DNA of 52,149 nucleotides from Nemertoderma westbladi (GCA_032718475.1 JAUCBJ010001998.1:1-52149); one strand, 5' to 3'; counted from the first letter of the stretch, positions 26,601-37,598 are shown. A program made the numbers and translations. The notes: generated by a model not told the origin, from the sequence alone.

Positions 26601-27178
26601 GGGATTTTAAAGCTAACCTGGTATGATTTATCCCCAGGGGCCTCTGGGATTTTTAAGCTAACCTGGTATGATTTATGCCCAGGGGATCTGTCTGGGATTT
26701 TAAAGCTAACCTGGTATGATTTATCCCCAGGGGATCTGTCTGGGATTTTAAAGCTAACCTGGTATGATTTATCCCCAGGGGATGTGTCTGGGATTTTAAA
26801 GCTAACCTGGTATGATTTATCCCCAGGGGATGTGTCTGGGATTTTAAAGCTAACCTGTTATGATTTATCCCCAGGGGATGTGTCTGGGATTTTAAAGCTA
26901 ACCTGGTATGATTTATCCCCAGGGGCCTCTGGATTTTTAAGCTAACCTGGTATGATTTATCGCCAGGGGATGTGTCTGGGATTTTAAAGCTAACCTGTTA
27001 TGATTTATCCCCAGGGGATGTGTCTGGGATTTTAAAGCTAACCTGGTATGATTTATCCCCAGGGGATGTGTCTGGGATTTTAAAGCTAACCTGTTATGAT
27101 TTATCCCCAGGGGATGTGTCTGGGATTTTAAAGCTAACCTGGTATGATTTATCCCCAGGGGATGCCTCTGGGATCCCA
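14646..27178. repeat. Tandem array, 48-bp unit (45/44/50-bp variants at the edges), ~260 copies, filling the SPATS1 intron
   Basis: Unit GATGTGTCTGGGATTTTAAAGCTAACCTGGTATGATTTATCCCCAGGT; minus strand ATCCCAGACACATCACCTGGGGATAAATCATACCAG|GTTAGCTTTAAA. The last unit overlaps the exon. Confidence 0.98.
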
Positions 27179-27285
27179 TTGCGCTGTGATTCTACATCGA
27201 TCAACCGCTTCACACCCATATTTTTCTCTAAAGTTAATTCATCCGTCGATCTCACGTTATTTTTATACGTTAAATCAAATATTAC
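27139..27285 (-). CDS. SPATS1: SPATS1 homolog, penultimate coding exon (49 codons)
   Basis: Acceptor GGTTTTCAG and donor CAG|GTTAGC, both phase 0. VIFDLTYKNNVRSTDELTLEKNMGVKRLIDVESQRNGIPEASPGDKSYQ matches the recalled SPATS1 segment (RSLSERTVDKCFG...RNGIPKLTPGDNPY) and joins in frame to 14351. Upstream exons were not found. Confidence 0.85.
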
Positions 27286-27786
27286 CTGAAAACCCGAAAA
27301 AAGTTAATATAGAAAACATTGTGCAATCAATCAATTTTATACGGTACATAAATTATACTGAAGTGATGCGTGAAAAAATAGTATAAAAAAAGCTGCCAGT
27401 ATTTTGGGGCAAATATAACGAGTGGTGTGAGGTATAAACCACCGTGTTAAATCTCAGTTGGTTTAGATTAAGCTCATGTACAGCCCACACACAGCCTATT
27501 TTTGTAGTAGGCTTACGTTTTGAAATGGGTAGGTGAGCTTGCAATTCAAGTAACGATATCGTGTGGGGGTAGCTACGAAGTAAGCGAGCTTAGCATACCG
27601 GTAACGCTGTTTCAACCGTTGTCTGTCTGTTGGTCTGTCTGTTGGTCTGTCTGTCGGCAAACTATTAACACAGACAATCTTTCGTTAAATTAAACTAAAC
27701 TTGCAACTTGTAGTCTATGGACTATAACTATTTACATCATTGTGTGCAAATTGTAGGCAACAGCGGTATGCCTATACAATATCTAT

Positions 27787-28230
27787 ATTGCGTAGCTAAT
27801 CATACATAAACAAATTGTTCCAGAATATTGTGTATTTATAAAATAGAATAAATGGCTTGCAGCAAACAATAATTCTTGCAATCTTTGAACGCCTATTTCT
27901 CAGCTGTTTCTCAATGAAATTCAGATATTGCTACATATTTGGAATCCTTTCAACGCAAGCTTTCTATTGATGTGAAAAAAATTACGACTAAAGTGAAGAA
28001 TGGCAATGATACAGAGGGTGCGATTTCGCAAAAGACACTTTTATAAAACGCTTATAAATAAAATTTAAAGGCGAAATCGAAAATTCCGGCTTCATGGTAA
28101 CAACCACGGTGAGTTGAACTAGTGGTGTTTCAAATTTCAAACAATATGATAAAGATTTGTAGAAAAATTTGGGGGGGGGGGGGGGGGGTCCGTGTCATCA
28201 GAAAATGACACTATATTACGGGTCATGGTG
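27787..28230. mobile_element. One arm of the palindromic MITE family also at 32329-33296
   Basis: Shares TTTGAACG..TAT.TCTCAGCT, TACATATTTGGAATCCTT, GATTTGTAGAAAAATT-polyG and GACACTATATT with the 33-kb arm. Ends ...CATGGTG followed by TA. Confidence 0.7.
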
Positions 28231-28417
28231 TATATTAATTATTATTGATTTACACCTGTGTAAATAATTGGAACTTTACACTGCATTTTAATAATAACAA
28301 TAATTATATAGTTAATTAATTGGATAATATTACATGGGAATTACAATACATTTAAAAGAGTTTGAGTTAGATATTTATTATAAGTCTCTGTATAATATTG
28401 AAAAAAACCATCAAAAT

Positions 28418-28913
28418 TTACTTGAAGTGCACCTTTCTAGCCTTCCGACTAGCAAAGTCCGCCACAATTTTGTCGAACTCCATTTCGCGCAGCATGTCTC
28501 GCTCAATGCTCATCACTGCCAGCATGTTGAGGCGTGTCTAGCTCATAACTGACCGCAGCACTGACTTTAATGTGCCCAGCTTTGAAACGTTTCTACTTGT
28601 TTCTGCCACTACGAGCGACTATTTCACCCCATGTTAAAGAAATAGATGTTCTGGAATGAATATTTATGACATGGGTGTTGGGCTAGATATAAATAACGAT
28701 AGATAATCGCATTATTGTTCCAAGCCAAAGGTGATTTAATAACAAAATGGTTTGTTTGTAAGTGGCTTATTGCGTTAAAAATAATGTAGAAAATAATGTA
28801 TTTTATACATTACATTGCCGCAGGCACCTTGGCAACAAAAGCACCTCGCGGCCCCTTGGCGGCGGCGGCCCGGGTGCACCTGCACCCATTGCACCCCCCT
28901 TAATACGCCCCTG
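28418..28913 (-). mobile_element. hAT transposon remnant: transposase C-terminal dimerisation domain plus a terminus
   Basis: Minus frame at ~28590-28418 reads SKLGTLKSVLRSVMS*TRLNMLAVMSIERDMLREMEFDKIVADFASRKARKVHFK* (ZMYM1-like hAT dimerisation motif with an internal stop). hAT-like end TAATACGCCCCTG at 28901-28913. Confidence 0.8.
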
Positions 28914-30153
28914 AGACTATGTATGCAACATACAGTACTACACAGAGCTGTCAGGCTTTACAGTACACGTAATAGTAACTTGTAGATTATCGTACTAGAC
29001 CAACATGTGTACGTCGTTATAATTAGATTTTTTGAATTAGAATGATAAAAAATGATACCTAGATAAGCTAAAAATATTTGAACAGTGATAGTTAGTTATA
29101 GTATAGACCCTATTCATTATTATATTACATACTGTAGGCCTATTGTATGTATATTATATTACTGGGGCGAATAGACTTGGTGCGAATAGGTCGAGGGGCG
29201 AGTCGACCCGCACCAGCTAGAGGGCGACTAGACATAGTCGCCCTCTGAAATAATGGTACTGAGTGTGGGGCGAGCCACGATGTCTAGGTGAGCCTTTGCA
29301 TTGCGGTATTATTAGTGGAAGGTCGTCGGTAATGATTTACCACTAATACAGTAAGTCGGCCAATCTTTGATGGAATTGACCCAAACTTGGTTCATATGTA
29401 GTGTATTAAATGCTTACAATTCTACGCAAAGACACGCTTCTATACTTCCTCCGTTGGCCGCTAGGAGGCGTATATTGTAAGAAACCTAGAAGTGCTACAA
29501 TTATAGAACCAACCATCAGATTCATTTGATTTGGTGTAAAGTTACATTAGACCTACATATTAATAGTCAATATATAGGCATATACTGTAGTTAGAGAGGC
29601 AGAATCTCTTTCCATCATATCATGTTTCACTGGATTGTCTCGTATATAAAATTAGGCATGAAGGGGTCTTTCATGACGTGGATAGGGAAAATAAATTGGA
29701 TTCACCATGGCCATTTAGCCCGTTTTGGGCATCCTCAGTGGTATATAATTAGATTAATAAGTAAGAACCCTATTTACGACAAACTCTAACACTTTTATCA
29801 ATGCTTGCGTTTTAAAGTCGGAGCGTAATCTATAATTTTAATAGAGAAGATAATTGTAATCTTAAATAGTGCTGGTTCCGACTCGGAGTAATTATATTGA
29901 AAAATGGAAACATTTATTAAAAATAATTGCTATATTTGTTAAAGGCCTAATGTTGCACAAAATTCCTTGGTCTAATAATCAACATCGATGTCACAATAAT
30001 TATATCGGTAGTCTCTGTTATACAATCACTGCTGCCCTATGATATGATGAGAAAAACATTTACACTTATTGTACAGCTAGTAAAATGCAAGCAGCAAGTA
30101 CACTAAAACACCATCACATGAAATAAATAGTTATTGTAACAGAAAAAAGTTCT

Positions 30154-31641
30154 TTATGTGTTCTTGTTGCTCTCTTCTCTTTTCTCTATCATGTGTTTTC
30201 CCTTCGTCTCCAATGGAAGACATAATGTAGCTGCAGCTGCGAGGAATGCTGCGCCTGCGTATATCCCAACAGTAAGGTAAATACTCTGCTGTAAGGCGAC
30301 TTGGGCAATAAAAGCGGTAATTACTGCTGCGAGCCGGCCGGCACCCGCACATAGACCTAAAGCGAGACTTCTAACTGTTGTGGGGTAGACCTCTGGTGTG
30401 TAAGTGTAGGTAGCCATAAAGGCACCCATTGCTATACCGCGAGCGCAAAATAACAAAACCACAGTCACGGTTCGCCCAGAGCAAACAAGTAACAAAAGTA
30501 TAAACACACCGAATATACAAAGCTCTACAGCGTTAATTAATTTACGACCGACTAAATCAATGAACACCACCGTTAAAAATACACCTGGGAATTCTGCAAT
30601 AGACGTCCACAATATGTCCACGTAATCCCGTGTGTTTAAGAAGTGGCATTCTGAATAACATGATAATGCCTTTTGGTTTCCAAAACTGATTTCTGTTAGA
30701 CATCTTGTATCTGATGTTTGGACCTGGAATAGTTCCGATGTAAGAATAACCATCCCATAATAGGATGAACACACCGTCATCCAAATAAATAACAGCAATG
30801 CTGTGGTTTTGCGATATTCCTGTGAAAATAAATCAGAAACCTTCGCTCTTTTAGTTTCAGGGGTGAATCCTAACGTGCCCAAGGGCATTGCGGTATTATT
30901 ATCTTTAGCTATCCGTTTCAGTGTTGAATTTGCCCTTTCCCTTCTCCCACAGAGCAAATCAAATCTTGGACTTTCTGGAAGCCAGAAAGTTACAATGGCG
31001 AATATTACAGAGGGAATTGAGGCCAAACATAGGAAACATCGCCACCATTCCTCACCAAGTGGGATAACCAAAAGAGCGAGCGAGGGCGCAAGGCAAGACC
31101 CGACAGACCAGTAAACAGAGAACCCAGAAAGACAGCGACCTCGCCACTTTAATGGGAGGAATTCCGAGCAGTAACCTACGGACATAGGAGTACCTCCAAT
31201 GCCAAACCCCACGAGGCCCCTTAGGAGAATAATCCAATAGTAACTTGGGGAGAAAGCGCTCAAAACTCCGAAATAGAAAGTGGAGAAAGCGATAAGGAAT
31301 AGTCCCAAACGTCGGCCGTAGCGGTCGCAGAAGTAGCCCCATAGAGGAGAGGACAAGGTCATTCCTATGAAAACAAGTGAGCTAATCCAAGCTTCTTCCA
31401 CAGTCGTAAGTCGCCACTTACACAGCAACTCTGGAGCTAAAATACTGAGAATCATTAATTCCATTGAATCCGCTATCCACGATATGCCGATAACCAAATA
31501 TAATTTGATTTGGAATCGCCCAAATCCGATCCTTTCGATCGCCTCATCCACTGTGTAGTCGTCAACGTCACTCCTATAATTCTGTAATACACGATCTTCT
31601 ATGCGCGGAGACACTCTATCATTCCGTATATTCGCAGCCAT
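30154..31641 (-). CDS. SVOP: Synaptic vesicle 2-related protein (MFS transporter), intronless CDS
   Basis: 495 aa. YTVDEAIERIGFGRFQ, WIADSMELMILSILAP.L.C.W, DRYGRR, WLPESPRF, YTYTPEVYPTTVR and LPLETKG are SVOP/MFS signatures. Confidence 0.92.
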   Translation of the reverse strand: MAANIRNDRVSPRIEDRVLQNYRSDVDDYTVDEAIERIGFGRFQIKLYLVIGISWIADSMELMILSILAPELLCKWRLTTVEEAWISSLVFIGMTLSSPLWGYFCDRYGRRLGLFLIAFSTFYFGVLSAFSPSYYWIILLRGLVGFGIGGTPMSVGYCSEFLPLKWRGRCLSGFSVYWSVGSCLAPSLALLVIPLGEEWWRCFLCLASIPSVIFAIVTFWLPESPRFDLLCGRRERANSTLKRIAKDNNTAMPLGTLGFTPETKRAKVSDLFSQEYRKTTALLLFIWMTVCSSYYGMVILTSELFQVQTSDTRCLTEISFGNQKALSCYSECHFLNTRDYVDILWTSIAEFPGVFLTVVFIDLVGRKLINAVELCIFGVFILLLLVCSGRTVTVVLLFCARGIAMGAFMATYTYTPEVYPTTVRSLALGLCAGAGRLAAVITAFIAQVALQQSIYLTVGIYAGAAFLAAAATLCLPLETKGKHMIEKREESNKNT

Positions 31642-32328
31642 TGTAAAATTTGCTTTATGAAAGCGTTTGTCACTTCAAACAACTAATAAAATAATACAGA
31701 AATGACACCCTTATAGTAATGTATAACTAAATAAAGTGTGGCGAAAAGTAAATATTACGATATCTGTTAAATAATCGTAGCACAAAGTAAGTCCCACTAG
31801 CACATTTTAAAACTAATTTTAATGAAATATAACTAATACAATTGGCGGGAATCGTTTGTTCGCAATTAAGAATAGCAGCGGGTGTTTGTTCCAATGGTTA
31901 ACATTTCAGTTTGGTATTGCGTTACTTCTTAGTTAGAGAGTTTTCCAGCCCAGGTATTAGTTACCTATTTCAAAGTAATTATATTTGGTTAAAGTAAGGA
32001 ATTGATATATATTGATAAATAAATGCAATCGTCGCAGGATTTTTCATGCAAGCCAAGTTTTAAGAAACGATGCATTATGCTCGCATTCTACTCAATGAAT
32101 GCCTATGAATGTTACAATGATTGTCATGGTAACTATGGAATTCTAACTATGGTAACATGGAATACTTCTTGGAACTACAGTATAAGTTCGTTATTAGGTT
32201 ATAATTCATAAATACTTATTGGAAAAAAATTATCATTTTTGGAACTATGTTTCGTGTTAAATGGAACAAACTTTGAATGAGACTTATATTGGATCAAAGT
32301 TCGGTGAACCTACACAATTGTACCACAC

Positions 32329-33296
32329 ATGTCCCAGAATATAGTGTCGTAATCCAGTGACACCACCCCCCCCCCCCCCCCCACCCCCCCAACCCCCCCC
32401 TAATTTTTCTACAAATCGTAATGAGATTGCATGAAATTTGAAACAGAGATAGTTTCACCTCCCGACCACTGACTGGGTGAGCCAGAATTTTTATTTTTGC
32501 TTTCAATCTTTAGCTACTGTACAAGCGTTTAAAAAAGTGTCTCCAGCGATATTACACCAGTTACACCGCAGTTATTCTTCTACCTTATAGCGGACCAATT
32601 AATTGGTACCAATGGAAAGCTGGCCCTGCAAGCAAGGATTTCAAATATGTAACGCAATTTGAATTTCGTTGAAAAATAGCTGAGATATGAGCGTTCAAAT
32701 GTTGCATGGTTATGCACCTGTGCGAGGCTATTTTATTCTACTTAATAAATGCATCATACAGTAATATGGAATATTTTATTTATCCAAATACGAAGCTGGG
32801 CAACAATGCATTACATCTTTAATCATACTATTACGTAGCTATTCATACATTTAAAAAATGTTCCAGAATATGGTTTATGTATTAATAGAATAAAATAGCC
32901 TCGTGTCGTTGCAAAACCATGCAACATTTGAACGCTCATATCTCAGCTATTTATCAACGAAATTCAAATTGTGTTACATATTTGGAATCCTTGCATGGCC
33001 AGCTTTCCATTGGTACTAACAAACAGCTACTGTATATGGTTGAAGAATAACTGCAGTGTAACTGGTGTAATATCGCTGGAGGCACTTTTTTTAGCGCTTG
33101 TAGCTAAAAATTGAAAGCAAAAATAAAAATTCTGACTCACCCAGTCAGTGGTCGGGAGGTGAAACTACAGTTTCTCTGTTTCAAATTTCATGCAATCTCA
33201 TTACGATTTGTAGAAAAATTGGGTAGAAAAATTGGGGGGGGGGGGGGGGGGGGGGGGGTGCGTATCACTGAATTACGACACTATATTCTGGGACAT
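32329..33296. mobile_element. Palindromic (foldback) MITE, probably Tc1/mariner-derived
   Basis: About 430-bp inverted arms ATGTCCCAGAATATAGTGTCGTAAT-polyC ... polyG-ATTACGACACTATATTCTGGGACAT. Related fragments at 27787-28230, ~35931-35995 and ~43385-43435. Confidence 0.88.
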
Positions 33297-33998
33297 AATA
33301 TGTCCCAGACGAATCGGTAGATTCGTTATGTACAACTGTACCACAATGTAAAAAGCAACCGTGACCCTTAAGTTTGTAACTTAAACGTGACTTTATCTTA
33401 ACTTTCTTAATTAATTAAATTAAACCTTAGTCAGAAAGAAATTGGCAGATATTGGCGCAAATTAACCGCAAGTGAAAAAATATGTTGAGCGCAAATTATG
33501 CCACAAGTGAAATAAAGTTTCGTTTATTGATTTCGTTACAAAACACCGCCATTGTAACGTGCTCCTTCCCCTTAATTTTTTAAATGAAATTAATTAATTT
33601 TTTTAAACCCACTAAACACGCTATACTATAGTTGATGTTGTGATTTTGCGCCATTAACACAAAATCGGTAGAACTAATGAATTAAAAAAATATAAAAATG
33701 ATAGTAAAGTAGTATAGACAATAATAATACTCGATCGATTGATGTTATGGGTAATGAATTATGTCCGATGCCTAGGCTACACATACAAATATAACAGCAT
33801 GGTTGTACTGAGCTGTAGGCCTACAGTAGAATTATACCATTGCTAACATATTGCAAAGTCATAAAAATGTTTAATAAAACTGAGCAGCTATAATATAAAA
33901 AGATAGACACAACCGACACATGTTGTTATATTAAAGAAATTATGTGCCCCTGTCAGGACCATTCCTCGAGTTCATCTCACCTCCAAATTATTACTATG

Positions 33999-34311
33999 TA
34001 ACCAACCGGGTCATAACCAACCGGGTCATAACCAACCGGGTCATAACCAACCGGGTCATAACCAACCGGGTCATAACCAACCGGGTCATAACCAACCGGG
34101 TCATAACCAACCGGGCCATAACATATACTGTACAGTACGTAGGCCTAGTATGTAAAACCTGAAAACTGTAAAAGTAGGCATAACGTAAGTGGAATTTTTT
34201 AACCTTTTTCAGAAAAAATTGTAGGCCTGCCTATTTGATTTATTTATCAGGTACCGTAGTCTGTCGGTGCTGTCATAACCAACCGGGCCATAACCAACCG
34301 GGCCATAACCA
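33999..34311. repeat. 15-bp minisatellite (TAACCAACCGGGTCA x8 at 33999-34121; 2-3 more copies at 34274-34311)
   Basis: Read directly from the sequence. Confidence 0.92.
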
Positions 34312-34404
34312 TAGCATTTCACAGTGTTTCCCATTATAGTTATTTAGAAGATTGTTATTGTTATGTACTGTAGTTCTTCTGTATTGAATTTATTTATTCA
34401 GGGC

Positions 34405-35798
34405 CCAAAGTGTACTAAATAACAGGTCATGCAGCGAGCGGATTGCTGAAATTAGCGGAGGCCGATCGTTTCCCTATCTATGGCACTATTTTCATAATAT
34501 TCCCTTAGAAACTTATTTTATGCTACTTTTATGGATATGATTAGGGTTCATAGAAATGTAATAAAATGTCTTCTGGAATTATTATCTTGTAGTTTGCCTG
34601 GTCACCAACCGGGTGCAAAGTTAAAATTTTGCGCGCCTGTATTTCAAGATGACGAGGGATTCTTTTCTTGAGATGTGCAGGTGAGTATAGGGAATAAAAG
34701 ACTATAAAAATATTTTACATTTGAATTTGTTTACATTCCCGTTGCCATGGAAATAAGTATAATTAAAGAAAAATTTGAACTATAATTGTCTACCATACCA
34801 ATTCTACAAAACACCATTTGTATTCGGTTTGTTAGTATAAATAATAAGTTAAAATTGCCAACATTTTATTTTATAATCCGCCAATTGTGAATCATTTTCT
34901 AAAGGTCAATATTTGCCAATAAACAAACCTGTCCAACCAGACAGCAATACCTGTGATAGCATGATTTTGACATTCCAGAATATCAAATTTCGGTTAGCAA
35001 TTATTAGAAACAAAGAGGACAATCACCGGGCATTTCGTAAATAGTAGCCAAATTTCTAGCCGGAGGTCATAATGGAATATTATCGTGGAAACGGGATTGA
35101 ATAAAAATTTAAATGTAAAATATTTTCATAGACTTTTATTCCCTTTACTCACCTACCAAATCTCAAGAACAGAATCCCTCGTCGTCTTTAATTACAAAAT
35201 TTGAACTTTGCACCCGGTTACCATGACAACAACAATATAACAATTCCAGAAAGACATTTTAAAACATTGCTATGAACCCTAGTCATCATATCCACTTAAC
35301 AAAAGTAACATATAAAAAGTTTCTCTAAGTAGGAAACGATCTTTTTTATTTTTTTTTAGTAGTATACGGCGGAGTTTTTGCCGGTTTTAATAATGCCGGG
35401 GTTATTAATATTATTATGGTTCAGGTTATGCTCAAAGATTTTCAAATACCCAACATAATGTTAATAAATGTTATATTAATAAAAAAATGATATCAAAATG
35501 TTATATTATAATGATAATAAAATACTGTAGGCATGATGAAAAGAATGCATATTACCTGATATTTTCATTGTTAATGGGTAGCATGTGTAGAAAAATGCAA
35601 ATAAATATAAATTTTATTGTAAGTAAACCCGACAAAAACCCGGCATTTTAAAGCCGTAGCTGGAGCCGGGACTGAAAAATCGGCCGGGGCCGGGGTCCCC
35701 GAAATATTATGAAAAAGTGTCATAAATAGGGAAAAAAAAGATCGGTCTACTATAATTTCAGCAATCCGCTCGCTGCATGGCCTTTTAGTACACCTTGG
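34405..35798. mobile_element. Foldback non-autonomous DNA element with 7-bp TSD (P-element-like), with an extra inverted-repeat segment at ~35340-35700
   Basis: TIRs CCAAAGTGTACTAAA..CATGCAGCGAGCGGATTGCTGAAATTA / TAATTTCAGCAATCCGCTCGCTGCATG..TTAGTACACCTTGG. TCAGGGC is duplicated at 34398-34404 and 35799-35805. Inner arms 34500-34760 and 35075-35330. Confidence 0.8.
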
Positions 35799-36677
35799 TC
35801 AGGGCACACTTCCTTACGCTATTATATGCGTTTATAACAGTCCAAACCATATTTTCAGGTTGAAACACTATTTAATCAGTCTATTGAATAAGTAATAAGT
35901 AGGCTAGATATTCGGTGTTGATATTCCTCTTACACAATGTCTGGTAATATAGTGTCGTAATTCAGGTACCTGCCCCCCCCCCCCCCCCCCCCCGGGCTAT
36001 GGGTGTACTAATGTTCATGTATTTGCAATGTACAATGTACTGTAATATTGCAACCCTGTGTACGGATGGGAAGACTGAGGATTAATGAAATAAAATTACG
36101 GATTAGGAATTATAACACAATACTTCACTGTAATAGTCTCACTTATTAAAATAAACGAAATACTAAATATAAATACATTGAAATAAACATAAAGCAATAC
36201 ATAAATATAAAATATAAGGTATATACCACTGGACGAGTTACCACTGGACGAAACCCTCACGAATATTGTTTCTTACTTAATATTAATTAACAAATAATTA
36301 AATGGAATTAGAAACCATAGCCAACTCCAAACATAATAGACCATGTCATAAATGGTTAAAATAAATAACCAATCCTGAAATTTCCTTTTATAAGACTTTT
36401 ATATTTATCATATCAAATTATTTCATTCCGAATCAACATAAAGAAAAAATAAAAAAAACAATAATTGCATAATATTATTTATTAGCATATGAAGAAAAAT
36501 ATAGGGGGTTGTGTAAATATCAGAAAGCAAAACAGATGAATAACGCAAAATATCTGACCTAGTTCACAGAACTTATTGCACGTCTAAAATTCATAGAAAT
36601 TCAGATAGTTATTGATTAATAACATCATCAAAAATTCAAACAAACAAACCAAACAATCTCTTAGAAGAATCAATGAA

Positions 36678-37430
36678 CTAATTATCTTTGTCTTCTCCAT
36701 CTCTGGTAACATCAATAAGTACCTCAGTAAGCAGCTCGACCTTCTCAACTAACTCAGAATTAGCGACTTCCAGCTTGGAGATTCTCTCCTTTAGAAGGGA
36801 GTTCTCCTGTAGAACGCTGTCTAAGGCCTTCCCTCGCTCCCTGGATAGGAGCTCCCAGTACACGGGAGGAGGGAAGGCCGCGCAGAGCATCTCCTTTAGT
36901 GCCGAGTCAGTGATCGTGGAAGCGCTGACGTCGGAAAGGTTCAACGGATCGTCTACTGGGGCGATGTCGGTACCGGTATCACCAGCATCAAGCGGTTCCG
37001 TATCATTAGTATCAGAGAAACCCGCGGACAATCCCCCACGCCCATACCCCTCGGTACATCTCTCCGCTATCCCATCCCCACAGCCAAGCAACGCGCTCTC
37101 CGATTCGCAACGGAATTTGCCCAGATTGTTGTCGACGAGCCGACACGAGCCGCGTTCGTCGGACCGGGAACGGACGAACTTCGAAGAGTCTTCGAGCACC
37201 TCCTCACTAGAGGAAGAGACTTGGAGTTGCCGCAACGACTTTCTGTTAGACGACTTGCGCGGACCGCTCCTTCGGACATTCTCTTTGTCATAAACTAACG
37301 TAGATTTACAATCCGAGCGAGATTCCCGTACCACAGGAAAGGCGTTTTCCTTGTTTTTTCCCTTCGCCGAGCGGCTGCCGGAAATATAAACTTTGTTTGT
37401 CGTTTCAATTGAGCTTAAAGCCAATTCCAT
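36678..37430 (-). CDS. GMNN: Geminin (DNA replication licensing inhibitor), intronless CDS
   Basis: D-box-like RKSLRQLQ and KEN motifs. Geminin coiled coil PPPVYWELLSRERGKALDSVLQENSLL...VELLTEVL. Confidence 0.82.
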   Translation of the reverse strand: MELALSSIETTNKVYISGSRSAKGKNKENAFPVVRESRSDCKSTLVYDKENVRRSGPRKSSNRKSLRQLQVSSSSEEVLEDSSKFVRSRSDERGSCRLVDNNLGKFRCESESALLGCGDGIAERCTEGYGRGGLSAGFSDTNDTEPLDAGDTGTDIAPVDDPLNLSDVSASTITDSALKEMLCAAFPPPVYWELLSRERGKALDSVLQENSLLKERISKLEVANSELVEKVELLTEVLIDVTRDGEDKDN

Positions 37431-37598
37431 TTCAAGTTATTCAGTTATAGCAGTATACTCAGATACTGGTATAGCTGCACGGTACCGCGATTACAGCTGT
37501 ACAGGATTACCAAATACAGAAATACGGTACAAAACACAAGTTTATTTTCAATAACTGGTAGTTCAAGTTCAGGTACCGGTACCGGTAGTTTGTTCGAT

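Noticed and set aside
14904-27289. Giant + strand ORFs (2787 aa and others) as a repeat protein
   Set aside because: They follow from a 48-bp stop-free unit, begin at GTG within the repeat, have no unique domains, and are antisense to SPATS1, from which the unit derives.
32294-33320. Twin MKAKIKIL ORFs on opposite strands
   Set aside because: Mirror translations of the two MITE arms running into poly-G.
36688-37293. 201-aa Ser-rich + strand ORF
   Set aside because: Antisense shadow of geminin.
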